The notes under the pieces are model-generated. The model was not told the origin of the DNA. It saw nothing but the letters and a program-made list of their open reading frames with translations, and searched no databases. This document shows, one piece after another, positions 9,406-18,399 of a DNA stretch of 25,934 nt. Within the stretch, counting starts at the first letter, position 1. Each line of letters begins with the position of its first letter. The DNA comes from Candidatus Phoenicimicrobium oleiphilum. GTDB lineage: Bacteria; Atribacterota; Phoenicimicrobiia; Phoenicimicrobiales; Phoenicimicrobiaceae. The DNA lies in the NCBI GenBank assembly GCA_039638295.1, contig JBDIWJ010000025.1, forward strand, positions 1 to 25,934. Direction: 5' to 3'. Made by a program: the position numbers and the translations under genes.

Positions 9406-9490
9406 TGACAAATCCTCCTTCCTTTAACTATACTTTCTACAAAAAAATTAAAATTCCTGCTATAATAGAAAATAAATTTTAATTTTATAG

Positions 9491-9553
9491 AAATGTAAAC
9501 AAAGGTGCCTGGTAAATGTAAACAAAGGTGCCAGGCACCTTTGTTTACATTTA
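9491..9553. repeat. Perfect 20-bp-arm palindrome with an upstream duplicated arm
   Basis: TAAATGTAAACAAAGGTGCC-A-GGCACCTTTGTTTACATTTA (9513-9553), preceded by AAATGTAAACAAAGGTGCC (9491-9509). Confidence 0.9.
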
Positions 9554-9566
9554 GGTGAGAAGGAAA

Positions 9567-10109
9567 ATGTTAAAAGGTAAATTGGTAAATTTAAGGGCTG
9601 TAGAGAGTAGAGACTTGGAAGAGATAATGAAATGGGTGAATGACCGGGAGGTTACTAAGTATTTATCTAACTTTCTCTATCCGGTTTCTCGAGCAGAAGA
9701 GGAAAAGTTTTTAGAAAGGGCAATGAGTCATAATGATACAGAAAAAAATCTAGTTATGGAGACTAAAGAAGGAGTTTATTTAGGCCAGATTAGTTTACAT
9801 AAAATTGATTGGAAGAATAGGAATGCAGAATTGGGGATTGTGATTGGTAATAAAGAATACTGGGGCAAAGGTTATGGTACAGATGCCATAAATACTCTGC
9901 TTAACCACGCCTTTAATCAGCTGAATTTATATAAAGTATATCTTCGAGTCTTTGAATACAATCAGAGAGGAATATGTTGTTACGAGAAATGTGGATTTAA
10001 AGAAGAGGGAAGGTTAAGAAAAGGTCAATTTTATAATGGGAAGTATTATGACGTAATCTTAATGGGTATATTAAAAGAAGAGTTTGAAAGTTATAAGCAA
10101 AAGATATAA
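9567..10109 (+). CDS. GNAT N-acetyltransferase (RimJ/RimL/SpeG-like)
   Basis: LRAVE, AELGIVIG, YWGKGYGT, GFKEEGRLR, DVILMGIL. ATG 9567 follows AAGGA; the track starts at GTG 9555. Confidence 0.88.
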   Translation: MLKGKLVNLRAVESRDLEEIMKWVNDREVTKYLSNFLYPVSRAEEEKFLERAMSHNDTEKNLVMETKEGVYLGQISLHKIDWKNRNAELGIVIGNKEYWGKGYGTDAINTLLNHAFNQLNLYKVYLRVFEYNQRGICCYEKCGFKEEGRLRKGQFYNGKYYDVILMGILKEEFESYKQKI

Positions 10110-10161
10110 TATAATAAAAAGACAAGGATAAAAATATAAAGAATATCTTGGTGGAATTCTA

Positions 10162-11496
10162 ATGAGTCTTTTTGATAATTATGAAAAAAACAAAATGAAT
10201 AATAATGCCCCTCTTGCCGATAGGATCAGGCCGGAAAGATTAGAGGATTTTTTGGGGCAGGAAAAGATTATTGGTCCAGGGAAGCCTTTGCGTAGGGCTA
10301 TCGAAAAAGATGAACTCCAATCGATTATCCTATGGGGTCCCCCCGGTTCTGGGAAAACAACTTTAGCCAGAATTATTGCTAAAATGACTAAAACCCATTT
10401 TGTTCCTTTTAGTGCAGCAATTTCCGGCATACCTACTTTAAGGAAGATTATCAAAGAGGCGCAAGACCGAAGAAAATATCGACACCAAAGAACTATTTTA
10501 TTCGTAGATGAAATTCATAGATTTAACAAAGCTCAACAGGATGCTTTTCTACCCTATGTAGAAGATGGAACTATAATCTTAATTGGAGCTACTACTGAGA
10601 ATCCTTCTTTTGAGGTTATTTCACCTCTCTTGTCAAGGTCTACTGTTTATATATTAGAACCATTATCTAAAGAAGATTTGAAAAAGATTTTAGAAAAGGC
10701 TTTAGTAGATAAAGAAAGAGGTTTGGGGAAATATAAGGTGAAATTAGAACCGGAGGTCTTGGATTTTATTATTGAACTTGCTTATGGAGATGCCCGGATA
10801 GCTTTAAATATTTTGGAATTTGCAGTAATAACTACCAAGCCAGATAACCAGAATATAAGAAATATAAATTTAAAAACTATAGAAGAAGTGGTTCAGAAAA
10901 GGTGTTTACGTTATGACAAGACAGGGGAAGAACACTATAATATTATTTCTGCCCTCCATAAAAGTATGCGTGATTCTGACCCTGATGCCGCTATTTACTG
11001 GGTAGCTCGTATGTTAGAAGCAGGAGAGAATCCCCTTTATGTTGCCCGGCGGCTGGTGAGATTTGCTTCAGAAGACATAGGTAATGCTGACCCCCAGGCC
11101 TTACAGGTAGCAGTTGCTGCAATGCAGGCAGTCCATTTTTTAGGTATGCCCGAGGCTAATTTAGCTTTAGCTCAAGCTGCAACCTATTTAGCCTATGCCC
11201 CTAAAAGTAATGCCCTCTACAAAGGTTATCAGCTTGCTCAGGAGGATATTAAGAAATGGGGACCATTGCCAGTCCCCTTAGTTATTCGTAATGCCCCCAC
11301 TTCTTTAATGAAAGACCTGGGTTATGGTAAAGGTTATAAATATGCTCACAATTTTGAAGGAGGCTATATTGTTCAGGAACACCTTCCCAAAGAATTAAAA
11401 GGAAGAAGATATTATTTCCCCACCGATAGGGGTTTTGAAAAAGAGATTAAGCAGAGGCTGGAAAAATTAAAAGACAAATATAAAAATAGTCGTTAG
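10162..11496 (+). CDS. rarA: Replication-associated recombination protein A (AAA+ ATPase)
   Basis: PLADRIRP, WGPPGSGKTT, FVDEIHRFNKAQQD, GATTENPSF, ISALHKSMR, ASEDIGNADP, GYKYAH. Confidence 0.96.
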   Translation: MSLFDNYEKNKMNNNAPLADRIRPERLEDFLGQEKIIGPGKPLRRAIEKDELQSIILWGPPGSGKTTLARIIAKMTKTHFVPFSAAISGIPTLRKIIKEAQDRRKYRHQRTILFVDEIHRFNKAQQDAFLPYVEDGTIILIGATTENPSFEVISPLLSRSTVYILEPLSKEDLKKILEKALVDKERGLGKYKVKLEPEVLDFIIELAYGDARIALNILEFAVITTKPDNQNIRNINLKTIEEVVQKRCLRYDKTGEEHYNIISALHKSMRDSDPDAAIYWVARMLEAGENPLYVARRLVRFASEDIGNADPQALQVAVAAMQAVHFLGMPEANLALAQAATYLAYAPKSNALYKGYQLAQEDIKKWGPLPVPLVIRNAPTSLMKDLGYGKGYKYAHNFEGGYIVQEHLPKELKGRRYYFPTDRGFEKEIKQRLEKLKDKYKNSR

Positions 11497-11584
11497 TGAA
11501 TAGTAATTCGTATCGCGCATTGCGTATCAAGTATCACGTGAAGAAAATCAGGAGTCAGGAGTAGGGGCACGATGTATCGTGCCC
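11487..11584. repeat. Heptamer array followed by a GTAG-type REP
   Basis: tagtcgt tagtgaa tagtaat tcgtatc gcgcatt gcgtatc aagtatc; tcaggag x2; GTAG-GGGCACGAT-gt-ATCGTGCCC (11561-11584). Confidence 0.75.
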
Positions 11585-11621
11585 ACAAGAGAAATTACGC
11601 AATAATATAAGTAAAAAAGGG

Positions 11622-12521
11622 ATGAATTTTATGAAAGAAAATATGAAAAAGGAAAAAGAAGAAATAATCCTTAAGGAATTAAAGAAAACAAGAAGAGAAG
11701 AGATGAACTCTTCCGGTGAAAAATATTATAGTATTTCAGTAAATCAGGTTAAAGAGATAGCTAGTAAATTTCAATTACCGAGCAGAAAGATAGAGATATT
11801 ATCTCTAAAAAGTAATATAATCCCTGAACGTTATCATCGTAATTTGGGAGTAATCAATCCTTTCGAACAATTAAAATTGCTTCAGTCGAAAGTTGCCGTA
11901 ATTGGTGCTGGTGGATTAGGTGGAACAGTATTGGAGCTTTTAGCCAGAATGGGAATCGGAGAATTAGTGGTTGCCGACAAAGATATAATAGGAGACAGTA
12001 ATCTGAATCGACAAATACTTTCCCAGGAAACTAATTTAGGGCAGAGCAAGAGTGAGGTTGCAGTAAAGAGGGTAAAAGAAATTAATTCTTCTATAAAGAT
12101 TACCGGATATGCTGTTTTCATTGATTCTGATAATGTAAAAAAAATTGTTAAAGGTGCAGATGCAGTAGTAGATGCTCTGGATAATCTGCCTTCTCGCTTT
12201 GTACTTCAAAAGGCCTGTCGAGAATTAAAAATACCTCTGGTTCATGGAGCTATAGCTGGATTTAGTGGCCAACTTACCACTATATTTCCTGAAGATAAAG
12301 GATTAGAATTAATCTATGGGTCTGCCCGGGACTTGCCTGAACACGGGAGTGAGGCAACATTAGGTGCCCCTACAGTGACTCCTGCTATAATTGCTTCTTT
12401 AGAAGCTCAAGAAGTGATTAAGATATTATTAAAAAAGGAAAAGTTATTTCGAAATAAACTTTTGTATATAGACATTGAAAATGGGGCTATAGAAATACTA
12501 AAATTAGTTGTTAGTGAATAA
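11622..12521 (+). CDS. HesA/MoeB/ThiF family adenylyltransferase (E1-like)
   Basis: RYHRN, VIGAGGLG, SNLNRQ, VVDALDN. The start could be any of the first three Met codons. Confidence 0.88.
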   Translation: MNFMKENMKKEKEEIILKELKKTRREEMNSSGEKYYSISVNQVKEIASKFQLPSRKIEILSLKSNIIPERYHRNLGVINPFEQLKLLQSKVAVIGAGGLGGTVLELLARMGIGELVVADKDIIGDSNLNRQILSQETNLGQSKSEVAVKRVKEINSSIKITGYAVFIDSDNVKKIVKGADAVVDALDNLPSRFVLQKACRELKIPLVHGAIAGFSGQLTTIFPEDKGLELIYGSARDLPEHGSEATLGAPTVTPAIIASLEAQEVIKILLKKEKLFRNKLLYIDIENGAIEILKLVVSE

Positions 12522-12697
12522 TCGTTAGTTTCAAATGCCACTTATAAGATAAATGAATCGACTCTTAAGCACAATTATTTTGTCTATTTTGCCAAGCAAG
12601 TATCTGTTAAACAGGACTTAAGAAAAAGGAAATACCTATACAAGGGATTTATAAAAAATAAAGAATTTAAAAACATTAAAAAGAAAGGTACAAAATA

Positions 12698-13831
12698 ATG
12701 GCCAGAAAATTGAGAGTAGGAATAATCTTTGGAGGAAGGTCAGGAGAACATGAAGTATCCTATTGTTCTGCTACTTCTATTATAAAGGCAATAGATAAGA
12801 ATAAATACACAGTAATGCCTATTGGTATAACCAAAGAAGGTAAATGGATATCTCCTCAAGAGACTGCTCGTGCACTCCAGTCAGGTAAAATAGTTGGGAA
12901 AAGTTCGGTAGTTTTACTAAATGACCCTTCCAGCAGAGCCTTGATACACTTAGACAATGATCAGAGATTAAACACAAACCCACATCTAGAAAAATTAGAT
13001 GTAATCTTCCCGGTATTACACGGTCCATATGGGGAGGATGGGACAATACAAGGTCTCTTAGAGTTGGCTGATATTCCTTATGTGGGGGCAGGAGTAGCCG
13101 CTTCAGCAATTTCTATGGACAAAGAATTCATGAAAATAATATTTAAACAGAAAAATTTACCAATATTGAAATGGATGTCCATTAGGAGAAAAGAGTGGCA
13201 AAAAGATAAGGAAAAAATCTTGACTTTGATTCAGAATGACTTCGAATATCCTCTTTTTATAAAACCCACCAATTTAGGTTCAAGTGTAGGAATAACTAAA
13301 GTTCACAAAAAAGAAGAATTGGAAAAAGCTATAGATTTAGCTTCTTCTTACGATAGAAAGATTTTAATTGAACAAGGATTAGAAGAAATAAGAGAGATAG
13401 AATGCGGTATTTTAGGTAATGATGAACCTCGGCCTTCCGTAGTGGGTGAAGTCAGACCGGCAGGAGAATTTTACGATTATGATTCAAAATATATAGATAA
13501 AGGGACTCAATTGATTGTTCCGGCAGATTTACCTGACAGAATATCCAAAAAAGTTCAGGAAATTGCCCTTTGTGCCTTTAAGGCAATTGATGCTGCCGGT
13601 ATGGCTCGAGTAGACTTTTTTGTAACAAAAAAAGAGAACAGAATATATTTAAATGAAATTAATACTATTCCCGGTTTTACTTCAGTTAGTATGTACCCTC
13701 GCTTATGGGAGGCAACTGGTATCTCTTATCCCAAACTAATCGACCAATTAATTCAACTGGCTGTAGAAAGACATCAGGACAAAAGCCAGAATAAAATATC
13801 TTATGATGAATCAAAACTTTTAGATAGGTGA
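12698..13831 (+). CDS. ddl: D-alanine--D-alanine ligase
   Basis: FGGRSGEHEVS, LHGPYGEDGTIQG, GSSVG, FYDYDSKY, ARVDFF, NEINTIPGFT. Confidence 0.96.
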   Translation: MARKLRVGIIFGGRSGEHEVSYCSATSIIKAIDKNKYTVMPIGITKEGKWISPQETARALQSGKIVGKSSVVLLNDPSSRALIHLDNDQRLNTNPHLEKLDVIFPVLHGPYGEDGTIQGLLELADIPYVGAGVAASAISMDKEFMKIIFKQKNLPILKWMSIRRKEWQKDKEKILTLIQNDFEYPLFIKPTNLGSSVGITKVHKKEELEKAIDLASSYDRKILIEQGLEEIREIECGILGNDEPRPSVVGEVRPAGEFYDYDSKYIDKGTQLIVPADLPDRISKKVQEIALCAFKAIDAAGMARVDFFVTKKENRIYLNEINTIPGFTSVSMYPRLWEATGISYPKLIDQLIQLAVERHQDKSQNKISYDESKLLDR

Positions 13832-13873
13832 TTTTAAAAATATTAATTAGTAATTGAAAAAAGGAGAAAATTT

Positions 13874-14443
13874 ATGATTAAGGATTTAGTTAAAAAGAAC
13901 AGAAGTTTCCGGAGGTATTATGAGGATTTTGTAATTGAAAGGAATACTTTAAAAGAACTTGTAGATTTAGCCAGACTTTCAGCGTCAGCTGCCAACAGGC
14001 AACCTTTAAAATATATCTTATCTTGTGAAAAGAAAAAAAATGAATTAATTTTTCATACTTTAGCCTGGGCAGGTTATCTAAAAGATTGGTCAGGGCCTGC
14101 TGAAGGGGAAAGACCTTCGGCCTATATCGTGATGTTGAATGATACAGAAATCACTAAAAATTACATGTGTGATCCGGGTATTGCTGCTCAAAGCATTCTT
14201 TTAGGAGCAACTGAGAAGGGATTAGGGGGTTGCATATTTGCGTCGGTGAAAAGAGAAGAGTTGAGGTCTATCCTGGGGATTGAAGAAAGATATGAAATTC
14301 TATATGTATTAGCTATTGGTAAACCTAAAGAAAAGGTAGTAATTGAAACAGTTGGACCAGATGGAGATATTAAGTACTGGCGGGATAATCAGGGAGTCCA
14401 TCATGTGCCTAAGAGATCTCTTGAAGAGATTATTATATGTTAA
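13874..14443 (+). CDS. Nitroreductase family protein
   Basis: RSFRRY, SASAANRQP, DPGIAAQSILLGA, GLGGC, VPKR. Confidence 0.9.
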   Translation: MIKDLVKKNRSFRRYYEDFVIERNTLKELVDLARLSASAANRQPLKYILSCEKKKNELIFHTLAWAGYLKDWSGPAEGERPSAYIVMLNDTEITKNYMCDPGIAAQSILLGATEKGLGGCIFASVKREELRSILGIEERYEILYVLAIGKPKEKVVIETVGPDGDIKYWRDNQGVHHVPKRSLEEIIIC

Positions 14444-14532
14444 GAGGCAGAAAGTCTTTAGATTTTTTTAGAGATGAATCAGGGAAAAGAATTTAAGAAA
14501 AGGATTAAGATAGTGTAAGAGTAAAATAATTT

Positions 14533-14578
14533 TTGACAAAATAGAAATATAGTGTTACTATTTTAATAAAAGTAATAC
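14533..14578 (+). promoter_or_regulatory. nikR promoter overlapped by a putative NikR operator
   Basis: TTGACA (14533-14538)-17 nt-TACTAT (14556-14561) with extended -10 TG; GTGTTAC-N13-GTAATAC dyad (14552-14578). Confidence 0.75.
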
Positions 14579-14593
14579 TAATAGGAGAAATAA

Positions 14594-15010
14594 ATGTCTG
14601 ATATAATCCGCTTCGGGGTATCTTTAGAAAAAGAACTTTTAGAAAAATTTGATAGACTTATCAAAGAGAAAAAATATCCTAATCGTTCGGAGGCAATACG
14701 AGATTTAATCAGAGAGAATCTGGTTAAAAGAGAGTGGGTAGAAGGAAAAGAAGTAGCTGGAGCGATTACTCTGGTATTTGATCATCACAAGAGAGAATTG
14801 ATAAATACTTTGACTGATATACAGCATGATTTTTACCAGCTAATAATTTCTAGTCAGCATGTCCATTTAGACCACGACAATTGTTTAGAAATAATTGTAG
14901 TGAGAGGTAAACCCAGAGGAGTTAAAGAGCTGGCAGATAAATTAAGAGCAACTAAAGGGGTAAAATACGGATCTTTGTCTATAGCTACTACCGGAAAGGG
15001 GTTGGTGTAG
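14594..15010 (+). CDS. nikR: Nickel-responsive transcriptional regulator
   Basis: RHH N-terminus RFGVSL, NRSEAIRDLIR; Ni ligands QHDF...HVHLDHDNCLE. Confidence 0.96.
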   Translation: MSDIIRFGVSLEKELLEKFDRLIKEKKYPNRSEAIRDLIRENLVKREWVEGKEVAGAITLVFDHHKRELINTLTDIQHDFYQLIISSQHVHLDHDNCLEIIVVRGKPRGVKELADKLRATKGVKYGSLSIATTGKGLV

Positions 15011-15042
15011 AGAGATAGTTTTCAGATTTAAATTATAATAAA

Positions 15043-15067
15043 AAGGCTAAGAGCCTTATATTTTTTT
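15043..15067 (+). terminator. Weak candidate terminator/hairpin after nikR
   Basis: AAGGCT-aag-AGCCTT followed by ata and a T7 tract. Confidence 0.3.
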
Positions 15068-15134
15068 ACCTTACGCGTAGCACGAAAATAAAAAAAGTAT
15101 ATAACAAAAAATAGTGTGGAGCGGATAGGATATC

Positions 15135-15301
15135 GGTTACCCAATTACCCGGTTAGCCAGTTTACCAGTTAAAATATAGAGGTTACAGATTGCGGGTTAT
15201 AAATTTACAGAGAGAAGTAGGGGCGTATTACATACGCCCTCATAAGGTAGAGAGACGGTATGCCGTGTTAAAGAAATAGACAGGCGGGACACCTGTCCTA
15301 C
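15135..15301. repeat. Octamer/heptamer microrepeats plus three GTAG-type REPs
   Basis: ggttaccc aattaccc ggttagcc agtttacc; GTAG-GGGCGTAT-tac-ATACGCCC (15217-15239); GTAG-AGAGACGGTATGCCGTGT (15247-15268); GACAGG-cgggaca-CCTGTC-CTAC (15279-15301, inverted). Confidence 0.7.
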
Positions 15302-15357
15302 GGTGTTAGTAAATTAATCAGTTAATTAGTGAATTAATAAAATCCAGGAGGAAGAAA

Positions 15358-16143
15358 ATGAAGAATTCAAAGTTTAGAGCAGTTTTAATTTTGAGTTTAG
15401 TGGTAGCATTTTTGTTTGGAGGTTTTATTTCAGCCAGTGCTCATTTCGGAATGATAATCCCCTCTGATGATATGGTAACCCAGGATGATGATAAAAATAT
15501 TAATTTAAAAGTTCAATTTATTCATCCTATGGAAGGTGATTATATGGATATGGTCAAACCTGTACAATTTGGAGTCTTGGTTCAGGGTAAAAAAATAAAT
15601 TTATTAGATACACTTCAGGAGAGAAAGATTAATGATTGCATCACCTGGGAGACTAATTATCAGATAAAACGTCCGGGCGACCAAATCTTTTATGTTGAAC
15701 CTCAACCTTATTGGGAACCAGCAGAGGATTGTTTTATCATTCATTATACTAAAGTAATTGTAAATGCCCTTGGTCTGGAAGTAGGTTGGGATGAAGAAGT
15801 AGGGCTAAAGACTGAAATTATTCCCTTGACTCGGCCATATGGTCTCTGGACAGGAAATGTTTTTCAGGGGATAGTAAAAGTTAAGGGAGAAGCAGTGCCC
15901 TATGCGGAAGTGGAAGTAGAATATTACAATCAAGATGGCAAGATTAAATGGCCAGCTGACCCTATGATTACTCAGGTGATTAAAGCTGACCAGAATGGTG
16001 TGTTTACTTATGCTATGCCCAAAGCAGGATGGTGGGGATTTGCTGCTCTTAATGAAGATGAAGAAAAGATAAAACATAATGGAGAAGAGAAATCAGTAGA
16101 AATTGGAGCGGTGCTCTGGGTTAAAACTTATGATATGGAATAA
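15358..16143 (+). CDS. DUF4198-like exported component of a Ni/Co ECF transporter (NikK-like)
   Basis: Signal peptide ending [43 protein letters not shown]; operon context. Confidence 0.8.
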   Translation: MKNSKFRAVLILSLVVAFLFGGFISASAHFGMIIPSDDMVTQDDDKNINLKVQFIHPMEGDYMDMVKPVQFGVLVQGKKINLLDTLQERKINDCITWETNYQIKRPGDQIFYVEPQPYWEPAEDCFIIHYTKVIVNALGLEVGWDEEVGLKTEIIPLTRPYGLWTGNVFQGIVKVKGEAVPYAEVEVEYYNQDGKIKWPADPMITQVIKADQNGVFTYAMPKAGWWGFAALNEDEEKIKHNGEEKSVEIGAVLWVKTYDME

Positions 16144-16163
16144 ATAGTAAAAGGAAAATATTT

Positions 16164-16763
16164 ATGCATATTTCAGAAGGAATATTATCTGCACCCGTAT
16201 TAATTACGGGTGCAGGTTTAACTGCTACGGCAGTAGGATATAGTTTAAAGAAGATGGAACATAAAGAAGTGCCCAAAGTAGCCATTCTATCTTCTGTTTT
16301 TTTTGTTGCTTCTTTAATTCATGTTCCTTTAGGCCCTTCAAGTGTGCATCTGATTTTAAATGGAGTAATAGGATTATTATTAGGTTGGCCTGCCTTTCCA
16401 GCGATATTGGTTGCTCTTGCCCTACAAGGCGTGATCTTTCAATTTGGAGGCATTACCACCTTAGGAGTAAATACTTTTAATATGGCCTTACCGGCAATTA
16501 TCTGTTTCTATCTATTTAACCGAGGAATTAAAGGGGCGAATAATTTTATTGCCCTGATCCTGGCCTTTGTTTGCGGATTTTTAGCGGTGTTGTTAAGTGG
16601 AATAATGGTAGCAGCCGCCTTAGTTTTTACTGGAGAACCATTTATACAGATAGCCAAATTAGTGTTAATTGCTCATCTACCGGTAATGATTTTAGAAGGT
16701 GTATTAACAGTGTTTTGTATAGGATTTTTGAGAAAAGTTAAACCAGAAATATTAAATATTTGA
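16164..16763 (+). CDS. cbiM: ECF S component CbiM/NikM
   Basis: MHISEGIL N-terminus, SSVHLILNG, FQFGGITTLGVN, AHLPVMILEG. Confidence 0.92.
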   Translation: MHISEGILSAPVLITGAGLTATAVGYSLKKMEHKEVPKVAILSSVFFVASLIHVPLGPSSVHLILNGVIGLLLGWPAFPAILVALALQGVIFQFGGITTLGVNTFNMALPAIICFYLFNRGIKGANNFIALILAFVCGFLAVLLSGIMVAAALVFTGEPFIQIAKLVLIAHLPVMILEGVLTVFCIGFLRKVKPEILNI

Positions 16764-16815
16764 TTATACAGATTAATTCAGTGGTTACAACCCAAAAAGT
16801 AAGCAGTATAGTAAT

Positions 16816-16892
16816 GTAGGGGCACGATGCATCGTGCCCACAGAAAAAATTAGGTAATAATGTAGTGAGGGCACAATTTATTGTGCCCCTAC
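16816..16892. repeat. Inverted REP doublet (REPIN-like)
   Basis: GTAG-GGGCACGAT-gc-ATCGTGCCC (16816-16839), 29 nt spacer, GGGCACAAT-tt-ATTGTGCCC-CTAC (16869-16892). Confidence 0.8.
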
Positions 16893-17030
16893 AACCCAGT
16901 TATAACCAACAAATCCAAAATTATTATAAAGTTATTTACGATACACTGTGTACACACTCTGCTTTTAAATATTTTTTAGTTTTTTAAGGAATAACCATTC
17001 AGTATATTTCAAATATATCGGAGGGATAAG

Positions 17031-17627
17031 ATGAAAAACAAACTGTACTTAGTGTTGATATTTATATTTTTAATCATTATGGTGATAAATATTCCAGTCT
17101 TTGCTCACAAAGTAAATATCTTTGCCTATGTAGAAGGAGATAGAATCTATACCGAAAGTTATTTTAATGATGGTAAAAAATGTATAGATTCAAAAATTGA
17201 AGTATTTGATAACCAGGGAAATAAACTGTTAGAAGGTTTAACTGATGAAGAAGGAGTGTTTTCTTTTGAGGTTCCTCCAGAAGATGTAATAGAAGGAGAT
17301 TTAAAAATAGTTCTCACTGCCAGTATGGGCCATCGAGCAGAATATACAATTTCAACTGGTGAATTAGGAGACACTATCAGTGTCGGGTCAGCTAAAGAAG
17401 AGTTTGAAGAGCCCGTATCCGTTATTTCTCCTGAAATTTCTTCTCTCGATCTAAAAGAAATTCAATCATTAATAGAAGATACTCTGGATAAAAAACTAGA
17501 ACTAATTATGAGAGAGATTAAAAAGTCTCAAGAGGATAAGATTTCACTTACTGAGATAATCGGTGGCATAGGTTATATATTTGGTATTTTTGGAATTATC
17601 GCTTACTTTTTGAGTCGTAAAAGATGA
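17031..17627 (+). CDS. NikL/CbiL-like accessory component
   Basis: Signal peptide ending VFA-HKVNIFAYVEG; ASMGHRAE; C-terminal TM IIGGIGYIFGIFGI. Confidence 0.75.
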   Translation: MKNKLYLVLIFIFLIIMVINIPVFAHKVNIFAYVEGDRIYTESYFNDGKKCIDSKIEVFDNQGNKLLEGLTDEEGVFSFEVPPEDVIEGDLKIVLTASMGHRAEYTISTGELGDTISVGSAKEEFEEPVSVISPEISSLDLKEIQSLIEDTLDKKLELIMREIKKSQEDKISLTEIIGGIGYIFGIFGIIAYFLSRKR

Positions 17628-17646
17628 TTTAAAATTTTATTTTCAG

Positions 17647-18399
17647 GTGGTTAATTTGATTAAAGAAAAATTTTCAGAAGGAGATTCTCTCCTCCACAGG
17701 CTTGACCCGCGAATAAAGATTATCGTAGCCTTATTCTTTTCGGTAATAATCGCTGTTACCGATAAATATACTTCATTGTGGGGTGCTTTATTTCTTGCTG
17801 TTGCGGCTGTGGCTGTTGCCCGTTTAAGGACCAAAGAATTGATTTCCCGTCTTTTGGTGGTGAACAGTTTTATCTTTTTATTATGGCTGATGCTTCCCTT
17901 AACCTTTCCTGGTGAAAAAATTTATACTTTAGCCTCATTAAGTGTTTCAAGAGAAGGTATTAAATACGCCTTTTTAATTACTGTAAAATCTAATTCAATT
18001 ATTTTAGTTGGGATTGCTCTTCTTTCCACCTCTTCGATATTTAATCTGGTTCATGCCTTGCGTCATTTATATCTTCCTGATAAATTAACCCAGTTGTTTT
18101 TCTTTGCTTATCGCTATACTCAAACTATTCACTCTGAATATATAAGAATAAATAATGCTTTGAAAATAAGGGGATTTAAACCGCAGACCAATCTCCACAC
18201 TTACAAGACTTATGCCTATTTAGTGGGGATGATGTTGGTTAGAAGTTATGATCGCTCCAAGAGAGTTTATGATGCTATGTTGTGCCGAGGGTTCAAGGGG
18301 AAATTCTGGACTTTAAATCATTTTGTTTTTAAAAAATCGGATTTTGTAGCGGGGATTGTAATGATTAGTTGTATTATAGGATTGGTGTTACTGCCATGA
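17647..18399 (+). CDS. cbiQ: ECF T component CbiQ/NikQ
   Basis: LHRLDPRIK, YRY, ALKIRGF, AMLCRGF; its TGA overlaps the next ATG. Confidence 0.92.
   Translation: MVNLIKEKFSEGDSLLHRLDPRIKIIVALFFSVIIAVTDKYTSLWGALFLAVAAVAVARLRTKELISRLLVVNSFIFLLWLMLPLTFPGEKIYTLASLSVSREGIKYAFLITVKSNSIILVGIALLSTSSIFNLVHALRHLYLPDKLTQLFFFAYRYTQTIHSEYIRINNALKIRGFKPQTNLHTYKTYAYLVGMMLVRSYDRSKRVYDAMLCRGFKGKFWTLNHFVFKKSDFVAGIVMISCIIGLVLLP

Noticed and set aside
9491..9553. CRISPR array or attC cassette interpretation of the repeats
   Set aside because: Only two direct copies 3-4 nt apart, no spacers, and no cas or integrase gene.
12698..13831. Van-type D-Ala-D-Lac ligase
   Set aside because: The omega-loop reads FYDYDSKY, as in D-Ala-D-Ala ligases, and no van genes are nearby.
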